From: an uncultured Acidobacteriota bacterium
GTDB taxonomy: Bacteria > Acidobacteriota > UBA6911
Length of the DNA: 64,000 bases
Direction: 5' to 3'
NCBI GenBank assembly: GCA_963809485.1
Contig: CAWEJX010000007.1
Coordinates: 1 to 64,000 of the forward strand
A program made the translations under genes and the position numbers. This document shows, one piece after another, positions 29,941-38,280 of the stretch (its first letter is position 1; each line of letters starts with the position of its first letter). The notes beneath the pieces are model-generated. The model was not told the DNA's origin. It did no database searches and was given only the letters and a program-made list of their open reading frames with translations.

Positions 29941-31356
29941 ATGAATAGAAACTCTGCCTGGGCGATCCTTCTCTTTGTTATTCTCTTGAGCTGTTCCTCC
30001 GCATCTGTATCCGGTGAGGCGCAATCAGATGCGAATTCCCCGCACAGGCAGCTGGCGCGGGATATTTTCAAGGAATTGATCGAGATCAACACGACCGATT
30101 CGATCGGCAATACGACGGAAGCCGCGGAAGCAATGGCGGCGCGGCTCAAAACCGCAGGCTTTCCCGCTTTGGATGTCCAGGTACTGGGCCCGAATCCGCG
30201 AAAAGGCAACCTTGTTGCGCGCCTGCGTGGAACCGGCCAACGCAAGCCTGTCCTGCTTATTGCCCATTTGGATGTTGTCGAAGCCCGCCGTGAGGACTGG
30301 TCGGTCGATCCCTTCAAGTTTTTGGAAAAGGATGGCTACTTTTATGGCCGTGGCACGCAGGACATCAAGTGCGGGGACGCCATTCTGGTCGCGAACCTGA
30401 TCCGGCTGAAGCAGGAAGGATTCCGGCCGGATAGGGATCTCGTTGTTGCACTGACTGCCGACGAAGAAGGGGGCGATTTCAATGGAGTCGACTGGCTGCT
30501 GAAAAACCACCGGGACCTGATCGATGCAGATTATTGCCTGAACGTGGATGGAGGCGGCGGTCAGATCAAAAACGGCCGGTATTTACTTAACGAGCTTCAG
30601 ACCAGCGAGAAGGTGTATTTGAGCTTCATGCTGGAAGTCACAAACCGTGGCGGGCACAGCTCCTTGCCTGTTGCGGACAACGCGATCTATCGTCTCGCCG
30701 ATGGGCTGGCGCGCCTGGCTCATTTTGACTTCCCGGTGATGTTGAATGAAACCACACGGTCCTATTTCGAGAAGATGTCGGACATCGAGGGAGAGCAGAC
30801 TGGCCGCGACATGAAGGCGCTGCTGGTAACTCCTCCAGACCCGCAGGTTCTGGCGCGCCTTGCCGCGGACCCTCACTATAACGCGTCGATGCGAACCACT
30901 TGTGTGCCGACGAAGCTGGAAGCCGGACACGCTGAAAACGCCCTGCCGCAGCGGGCGCGCGCTATCGTGAACTGCCGCCTGCTTCCGGAGGATTCGCCTG
31001 AAGGGGTGCAAAAGAAGCTCGTTGAGGTCTTGAAAGACGGTCAAATCAAAGTTGATCCATTGCGCCAGTCTATCCCGGCTCCGCGTTCCGCATTGATGCC
31101 AGAGGTTGCGGAAGCGGCGCAAAGGATAACGACGGAGCTCTGGCCCGGCGTGCCTGTCGTTCCAATAATGTCCACCGGCGGCACGGACGGCACCTATCTG
31201 CGCATGGCAGGGATGCCCACATACGGCGTTTCCGGCATTTTCTACGATATGGATGATGTGCGGATACACGGAAGGGATGAACGCATAGGCGCCAAACAAT
31301 TTTTCGACGGTCTGGAGTTCATGTATCGTCTGGTTAAGGCTGTATCAATTCCTTGA
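29941..31356 (+). CDS. M20/M25/M40-family metallohydrolase, secreted
   Basis: AHLDVV, YGRGTQDIK, ADEEGG, GGHSS, GGTDG, IHGRDE. Confidence 0.93.
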   Translation: MNRNSAWAILLFVILLSCSSASVSGEAQSDANSPHRQLARDIFKELIEINTTDSIGNTTEAAEAMAARLKTAGFPALDVQVLGPNPRKGNLVARLRGTGQRKPVLLIAHLDVVEARREDWSVDPFKFLEKDGYFYGRGTQDIKCGDAILVANLIRLKQEGFRPDRDLVVALTADEEGGDFNGVDWLLKNHRDLIDADYCLNVDGGGGQIKNGRYLLNELQTSEKVYLSFMLEVTNRGGHSSLPVADNAIYRLADGLARLAHFDFPVMLNETTRSYFEKMSDIEGEQTGRDMKALLVTPPDPQVLARLAADPHYNASMRTTCVPTKLEAGHAENALPQRARAIVNCRLLPEDSPEGVQKKLVEVLKDGQIKVDPLRQSIPAPRSALMPEVAEAAQRITTELWPGVPVVPIMSTGGTDGTYLRMAGMPTYGVSGIFYDMDDVRIHGRDERIGAKQFFDGLEFMYRLVKAVSIP

Positions 31357-31363
31357 CCGCGTT

Positions 31364-32270
31364 TCAGAGCTCTCCAAGATCAGGAACCGTCTTCGCTGAA
31401 ATAGCTCGATAGGAAACAAAACCTTCCACGGCGAACATAATCAGCGCAACCCAGATGATTCCGAATCCAAAAGCCTGAGTAGAGCTGAAGGCTTCCCCAT
31501 AAACCAGGACTCCGAGCAGGAACTGGCAGGTCGGGGTAATGTAGTGCATGATGCCGATGACGGTGAGCGGAATGCGCCGCGCGGCGGAAGCGAACATCAG
31601 CAGGGGAACGGTTGTGATGACGCCGGCTCCCGTCATCAACAGATCCGATACCGCTCCGGTGTGAAGGAAAGCGCCCCGGCCCAGCCAGTCCTGGTAAGAC
31701 AGGAAAACCACTGCTGGGACAAAAAGAATGCCGGTTTCCAGGGTCAGGCCGTGCAATGCGTTGAGCGGGGCTGTCTTTTTGATCAGCCCGTAAAAGCCGA
31801 AGGTGAAGGCGAGTCCGAGAGAAATCCACGGAGGACGGCCATAGGCGATGGTAAGATAGGCCACTCCGGCGGTGGCCAATCCCACGGAGATCCACTGGAA
31901 CCTGTGCAGGTGTTCCCGCAGAAAAACCACACCCAGGAGCACGCTCAGAAGCGGATTGATGAAGTACCCCAAACTGGCTTCAACGATATATCCTGCATTC
32001 ACCGACCAGACATAGATAAACCAGTTTGCACCAACCAGCAGGGCGGCAATGAAATAAATTCGCTGCACTTTGCGGTCGGATGCCAGTGCGCGCAATGCCG
32101 ACAGGTTGCGGCAGGCAAAGAGGATGACAGCGAGCAGGATGAACGACCAGGCGATGCGATGCCCCAGCAGTTGTATTGCAGGCACGTGCCTGAAGCCACT
32201 TCCAGTAGATCGGGAACAAGCCCCAGATTAAATAGGCGCCCGCGGCGTAAAATAAACCTTTCCTGTCCAT
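31364..32270 (-). CDS. rarD: EamA/DMT transporter RarD, frameshift near 32185
   Basis: GLFYAAGAYLIWGLFPIYWK in one frame continues as HRIAWS..EASLGYFINPL in another. One extra G in CAGG-CAC. Confidence 0.9.
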
Positions 32271-32711
32271 AATAGTGGCCGGGATTCATTTCAATCTGCG
32301 GACGTGTCCATTCCGCAAACGCGTTCCATCCCCGGCGTTCGCCTTTCCTGCCTTTCCGAACTCCGCCAAGGATTGGACGGAACAGGAATTCAAAAATCCG
32401 GATGAAACCTATTGCCCATACCGCTTTTTATAAAACTCGATCTGCTGCTCGATTTGCTCCCGCGTCAGCCCATCGATTCATTTGTGATGGTCGGACTTCA
32501 TCAGGTCCGATGTAATTCCGGGCATTGGACGCATTGGCTGCCTTCCCTGGAAATTGCAGGCTTCGAGCCCGATTCCAGTGCTTGCCCGCATAAAAGTGGA
32601 ACAGACAGGAACAAAACGCAAAAGGCCGGGAAAGGAATTCTTTTCATCAGCAAGCCCCTCAATTATTCCGGCCATTTCTAACGCATTCAATCTTTCGGCA
32701 CAAGGGAATAT

Positions 32712-32787
32712 AAAAAAACAGCCGCGCATTCCACGAATTTCGCTGCATCCCTCACGGGATCAGCGAAATTCGTGGAATGCGCGGCTG
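32712..32787 (-). terminator. Long hairpin / terminator downstream of the TonB-dependent receptor
   Basis: Perfect 27-bp stem (32719-32745 / 32761-32787), followed on the minus strand by T7. Confidence 0.8.
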
Positions 32788-32821
32788 CCTTTAAAACCCT
32801 TCTAAAACAAATCCGATCGCT

Positions 32822-35800
32822 TTAGAAGTTCACGCGCGCGGTTATCTGGAAGGTGCGGGTGCCGACCTTGTTATCCAGATAGCCGAATGGGTTGGCATTG
32901 TTGATATCCACAATCGGGGGCTGAGCGACGATGATGCGCATGCCCGAACCGAACGACTGGTATGATGGTACCGGATGGTTGAAAAGGTTGTTCGCATCCA
33001 AACGGATCTGGAAATTGGTGCTCTCCGTGATCCGGACTCCCTTGGACATCGCCATGTCCAGGGTCCATTCTCCGGGCCCATCCATCCTGTTCCGGCCGAA
33101 ATTGCCCTGTGTGCCGGGCTTGGGATTTTGGAAAATGACCTGACCAGTGTCATCGGCGATCGCCTGGAGCGTACAGATCGATTGCAGATCCGCGGAGATA
33201 GAAGAGCACTGCGGATCCTTAATGGTGTGGTATTTATTGGCGAAATAGTTGCCCGCCGCGGCGCCATGCGGCCAATATACACCCACGGAGTCAAAGTCGA
33301 ATTGCCCGACCATGTCCGGAACCCCATTGGCATAAAGCATACTCTGCGCTGTCACGCTAAGGGGTGTCCCAGTCCTGAGGTTGAGAATCCAGCTTCCCTC
33401 CCAATTCTCGATAAGTTTCGCCAGAACTCCGGTACTGCTGCTTCCGAACTTCTGACCCGGACCAAAGGGCAATTGGAAAGTGCCATAGGTGACAAACACA
33501 TGGCTGCGGTTGCCCGCCAGTACCGTATAGTCGCCGCGCCTGTTCAAAGGATCCGTTTCAGTTCCCGCATAGCCCAGGTTTTTCGACCATGTGTATGTTC
33601 CCGTTAAGCTTATGCCGTGAGTCGGGCGCAGGGTAACCTGAGCCTGTAACGAATGGTAATTTGCACTGTCGGAGTTGGACCGATAGTTTGCGTTGTTGAA
33701 CTGCGGATTGGTCTTGATGTAATTCTCCGGGTAATTCCCGCTGCCTCTCAACCAATCGCCGGGAGTAGCGCCCAGGTAATTGATCGAGTTGGCAAGGCTG
33801 GCATAGTTTCCGTTTGCGAGAAGATTCCGGACAAAACTATAGACCCCGATCTGATAGGCCATGTCCCAGGAGTTTCGCAGGAATGAGGCCCCGCTCTGAG
33901 CGCCCCGCACCGAGGACAACATGTCGTCCAGCAGCGCGGATTCGCCGCCGGCGCGCGCCGAATCGAATGCCTGGCGCAGCCCATTAGTCGTGAAATTGGG
34001 AGGATTGATGTTTGTGGTTCCCAACATCTTGCGGCTTAGGGTTCCGATGTACTTGAAGTCTACCGCCAGGTTTGAAGTGATGTTGCGCGAAATAGCCAGA
34101 GTCAGGTTCTGGATGTACGGCGTTTTATAGTTCGGGTCAAAGGCGGAAATATTCATGGCCCGGTCTGTGAGTGGAATCGGTGTCATCGGCGCGATACCCG
34201 CAGGGATCGGCACCGGACTGACCAGCGATGCCAAGTTCAGGTACGGTTTCGTCACCGGATCGCCGGAATAGCTCGCCATATAGGTGCTGCCCGGCGGTGT
34301 GCCGAGCGTATCCGCTATATTCGAAACACGGGCAGCCGGCATATAGCTGATCTGATAGCCTCCGCGAACAGTCGTTTGGCCCTTGCCAAGCCAGGGAAGC
34401 TGCCAGGCAAAGCCTATCGCGGGACCGAAATTATTCATGTCCTTCTCATAAACGCTCATGTCGGAATTGGGTGAGTTTGGCCCGACAAAGATCGACCGGG
34501 TCAAATCGGAGCGATCGCCGGGCTGCCAGAAAGCTTCCTCCCAGCTTCGTCCCGAGATTCCAAAAAGCGCAGCGCCTCCGCCTTCGAGACCGGCCGTCAT
34601 TCCTGATTTGATAAAGGGGACTCCATAGTAATCCCAACGGAGCCCGAGGTTGAGCGTAAGATCGGGGTGGATTTTCCAATCATCTTTGAAGAAGAAAGCC
34701 CACTCGTTCTGATGGAAGTCGCGAATAGGATAATCCTCTTCCAGGTAGTTGCTCCAATCGGTCTGGGTAGGCGAGTTCAGGTAATAATACTGCCTCATGC
34801 TCGCAATGGACCCGGACAGGAAATTCAGGAGACTCCCCATGTTTTGCTGGTTCCCCGCGTAAATGCCTGCAAGTCCCGGGATCAGGAATGGCGTGATTCC
34901 ATTCGGAGAGTATGGCGAAGCCCCGCCCGCCGCGAATGGCGTAGGAACAAGGCTCTGCCACGACGCGTTCATCACCCAGCCGACGGCTCCGTAAGAACCG
35001 GAGGAGCGGTACTCACCGCCGAACTTGAATGAATGCTCGCCCTTTGTCCAGGTGAGCGTGTCGCCGAATGTCCACCTCGAGCTTGTGTCGAAGCCGTCAT
35101 AGGAGAGCATGCCCCGGCCGCCGAAGGGGTTGCTTGGCGTACCGGCCGCCGCGTTGGGCGGACAATAGGGGAAACAGTCCGGGCTGAAATTGACGTTGGT
35201 GTCTCCCGGACCGACGATCATCGGCTGGCCGTTGACCTTGGGCAGGAGCGCGATCATCTTGTCCTTGACATCGGGATTCTTCAACGGCGAGAGGATGTTG
35301 TTCCCATTCCTCATCATTCCGGCACGGGCTTCATTGAGCAGCGTCGGCCTGAATGTGGATACCAGATTGACCGTGAAGACCTGTGGCCGGCGTTCGACCT
35401 TGCCTCCATAGGAGTTTTCAGGCCAGTTGGCAAACGTGTCGTCCGCCCAGTTGTTTTCATAGCTCCACGATCCGTTGACCCTGTGGTTCTGATTGAAATT
35501 GTGATCGATGCGGACGTTGATCTGCTTGCGCTGGGTGTCCTCGCCGACTCCGTAGAGGTTGTCGGCTCCTCTTATTGTCTGATTCCAGCGGGATCCCGCC
35601 GTATTCAAACCATCTCCAACCTCGTAGTTGTTCACCTTGGGCATAATGTTTATGAAATTGGAGATGTATCCGGTCGGATCCATGCCGTTCCGGTAGGCAT
35701 CCCAGGGTGCGCCTTGCACCACGGCGTCCGAGCAGTCCGGCTGGGTGGGTGTGTTCATAAGGGGCCCAAACACACTGGCATAGCGAAGAATGCCATTGTG

Positions 35801-36943
35801 AGGCCCGCTGTTCGGATCGCTGGGATTGAGATACGGTATGTATTGGGCTGTCGGCGTTCCGTCGGCATTGACGACTCTGACCGTCGGATTGCTGCCACCG
35901 GTCGTAGCTTGGAAGACGTTCCCGTTGCTCCAGTTGTCGTAATACCTGAAGATCCCTCTCTGCGCGCAGGGCGTTAGCGAAAGCGATTGCCTTGCATAAC
36001 GCTGGCGAGCAAACTGCTGATCCCAGAGCGCGAAGAAAAACGTCTTGTTTTTGACAATGGGTCCGCCGATGCTAAGGGTGTATTCCTGCAGGTTCCTCCA
36101 CGGGGCATTGATGCCGCTGCGATTGTTCGACCATGTATTTGGATCCAGGAATGAGTTTTGCCCGTTGTAGGCTATCGCTCCGTGGTACTCGTTCGATCCG
36201 GCTTTTGTTTGAACCTGAACCTGACCGTTGCCTCGTCCCGCTTCGGCGTCAACCGGCGCGAGAACCATGCGAACCTCGCCAACCAGGTCGGGATTAAGCC
36301 TCGTGGCGGAATTGATGCCGGTTGGCCAGCGGACATCGCTCATCGGGATGCCGTCCCTTTGAACGTTAACCATCGCAGGGCTGACTCCGGCGAAGGTTGT
36401 GCCTCCGCCTCCCAATCCCATGCCTTCTCCAAATATGGCGTCGTTGGTCTGAATGACTCCGCCCATCACCTTTGACAGGTCGAGCACGTTCTGGCTTGTC
36501 AGGGGCAGCTGTCGTACTTCGTTTTCAGGAAGAACGTCGCCAACCGATGAGCTGGATTCCAGCAGCAGCCGGTCTCCTGCAACACTGACTTCAACCGTTT
36601 CCTGTATTTGCCCTACGTCCAGTTTGAAGTTAAGTCTTAACTGGGCAGCGTTACCCAACTGGACATCCGTGAATGTCCGAGTCTGAAAGCCTTTCATCTC
36701 GGCACTGACCTTGTAAACTCCCGGCAGGAGGCTGGAAAAATTATAGACTCCCGCGCTGTTCGAAACAGCGTTCACGACAACGCCCGTCGCAGTGTTTGCG
36801 GCTGTTACCGTCACTCCGGGCAAAACACCTCCCGAAGGATCCGTAACAGTCCCACTAATGCTGGCATTGCTCGACTGGCCGAACGCCTGGGTGGCTGTCA
36901 CAAGCAAAAAGAGCGAAAGCAACGCTCCAAGAAAACGTTTCAT
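32822..36943 (-). CDS. TonB-dependent receptor with a carboxypeptidase-regulatory-like N-domain (Oar-like)
   Basis: Signal peptide; SISGTVTDPSGGVLPGVTV, LTLNLGLRWDY, NNFGPAIGFAW, TTVRGGY; C-terminal RVNF. GGAGG RBS. Confidence 0.92.
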   Translation of the reverse strand: MKRFLGALLSLFLLVTATQAFGQSSNASISGTVTDPSGGVLPGVTVTAANTATGVVVNAVSNSAGVYNFSSLLPGVYKVSAEMKGFQTRTFTDVQLGNAAQLRLNFKLDVGQIQETVEVSVAGDRLLLESSSSVGDVLPENEVRQLPLTSQNVLDLSKVMGGVIQTNDAIFGEGMGLGGGGTTFAGVSPAMVNVQRDGIPMSDVRWPTGINSATRLNPDLVGEVRMVLAPVDAEAGRGNGQVQVQTKAGSNEYHGAIAYNGQNSFLDPNTWSNNRSGINAPWRNLQEYTLSIGGPIVKNKTFFFALWDQQFARQRYARQSLSLTPCAQRGIFRYYDNWSNGNVFQATTGGSNPTVRVVNADGTPTAQYIPYLNPSDPNSGPHNGILRYASVFGPLMNTPTQPDCSDAVVQGAPWDAYRNGMDPTGYISNFINIMPKVNNYEVGDGLNTAGSRWNQTIRGADNLYGVGEDTQRKQINVRIDHNFNQNHRVNGSWSYENNWADDTFANWPENSYGGKVERRPQVFTVNLVSTFRPTLLNEARAGMMRNGNNILSPLKNPDVKDKMIALLPKVNGQPMIVGPGDTNVNFSPDCFPYCPPNAAAGTPSNPFGGRGMLSYDGFDTSSRWTFGDTLTWTKGEHSFKFGGEYRSSGSYGAVGWVMNASWQSLVPTPFAAGGASPYSPNGITPFLIPGLAGIYAGNQQNMGSLLNFLSGSIASMRQYYYLNSPTQTDWSNYLEEDYPIRDFHQNEWAFFFKDDWKIHPDLTLNLGLRWDYYGVPFIKSGMTAGLEGGGAALFGISGRSWEEAFWQPGDRSDLTRSIFVGPNSPNSDMSVYEKDMNNFGPAIGFAWQLPWLGKGQTTVRGGYQISYMPAARVSNIADTLGTPPGSTYMASYSGDPVTKPYLNLASLVSPVPIPAGIAPMTPIPLTDRAMNISAFDPNYKTPYIQNLTLAISRNITSNLAVDFKYIGTLSRKMLGTTNINPPNFTTNGLRQAFDSARAGGESALLDDMLSSVRGAQSGASFLRNSWDMAYQIGVYSFVRNLLANGNYASLANSINYLGATPGDWLRGSGNYPENYIKTNPQFNNANYRSNSDSANYHSLQAQVTLRPTHGISLTGTYTWSKNLGYAGTETDPLNRRGDYTVLAGNRSHVFVTYGTFQLPFGPGQKFGSSSTGVLAKLIENWEGSWILNLRTGTPLSVTAQSMLYANGVPDMVGQFDFDSVGVYWPHGAAAGNYFANKYHTIKDPQCSSISADLQSICTLQAIADDTGQVIFQNPKPGTQGNFGRNRMDGPGEWTLDMAMSKGVRITESTNFQIRLDANNLFNHPVPSYQSFGSGMRIIVAQPPIVDINNANPFGYLDNKVGTRTFQITARVNF

Positions 36944-37551
36944 CGCTAAATCCCTCCACTTGTGAACAACACGTATCCATGTCTGCTTAGACACAGAGGC
37001 TAACCTGTATTCAGATCCGTCTCACGGGCATTGGAACCGACCGCGTCGTGGGGAATTGCGGAATTATAGAACCGGATTTTGCGGTGTTTAACCCGTACTC
37101 TGCCACGAATCTGAAAAGGCAGATAATCCAATTCGTACGAGCTGCGCGGCCAGGAAAGCGCGGCAAATACAATGGTTTAAAGACAACCCTTCTAGGCAAA
37201 TCGATCGAAAACCGCGGCGGAACCGCCGGTTTATCACAGTCTCTCTTCGGCAGAGTTCCGTTCGAGCTTTCGATTAAATAGTTTACGCGCTAGAAATATC
37301 CTTACCCTGTCGCAAAAACAAGCATATTCGCTTAACATTTTGGTGAATTTCTAACATTTTAGTTGATTCTGCCATCCTTGTGCAGCATTTCGGAGGAAAT
37401 TGTATTTATTACGGCGTTTGGGTTGAGAATTTCAGCGAGCAGCATTCGGTTCGTGCGGGGCAATATTGATCGTTTTTAATGCTGAAATGCTCCCACTCAG
37501 GCCCTCAAGAAACCAGTGTGAGGCCGCTCTGTTGTCGGCGTAAATCCAGCC

Positions 37552-38049
37552 TTACCACCAGATCGGGTGGTTCTTCCAGCCTTCCATCGACCGGCCCGGA
37601 CCCTCGAACCAGTACTCTTTGCCGTCCATGACCTTATGGAACCGCGGGCCGAGGTGAATCGCCTGGAATACAAGTGGTTTGTTTACCACCCTGAAATTCA
37701 GCGGCGTGTGCAGGAATCCCTTGGGTATGAAAACAAAGGTGGGCTTGGTGATGAGGTGCTTCTCCCTCTCCGGACCCAGCCAGAGGTCGATTTCGGCATC
37801 GAAACTGCTGAAAACATCCGGGAACTGAGCGCCCAGGAAGGCGAAATATTCGTCGCAATCGTGATAGTGCGGCGCTCTTTCCATGAATGTGGGCTTGGCG
37901 ATCACTTGCCAACCCATGTTGATGTTGGCTCCGGGAATCTGGTGTGCGCCTCTGAAGTATGCCGAAGGACTGGCGAGGTAGTCGATCGCCAGATGCATTT
38001 CGTCTTTTATTCCGGTAAACAGCAGATGTGAGTATTTCAGTTCCGCCAC
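37552..38049 (-). CDS. Cupin-fold hypothetical protein
   Basis: PHYHDCDEYFAF and VFIPKGFLHTP cupin-type motifs. GGAGG RBS. Confidence 0.7.
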   Translation of the reverse strand: MAELKYSHLLFTGIKDEMHLAIDYLASPSAYFRGAHQIPGANINMGWQVIAKPTFMERAPHYHDCDEYFAFLGAQFPDVFSSFDAEIDLWLGPEREKHLITKPTFVFIPKGFLHTPLNFRVVNKPLVFQAIHLGPRFHKVMDGKEYWFEGPGRSMEGWKNHPIWW

Positions 38050-38280
38050 TGTGCCCTCCTTTGTATGTATGATGAGACCAATGTCTACAAACTATACTCG
38101 GTCCCGGTCAAAAACAAGCCGGCTTTTGGGGATTGAAGGAATTGCTGCCTTCCGGCAAGGCCCGGCGGATGTGCTATTCCGGCTATGGTGTTTATTGGGA
38201 TTCGTTCGGCTGAGGCGCCCGTCGAAATCCGAAAAGCTGTCAGGTTCCCGGGCTATGGTACGGCAGGGGGGATGCGCGCT

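Noticed and set aside
36995-37550. ncRNA or riboswitch in the long AT-richer region upstream of the TonB receptor
   Set aside because: No cobalamin, TPP or other recognisable motif and no convincing structure seen. Probably promoter DNA.
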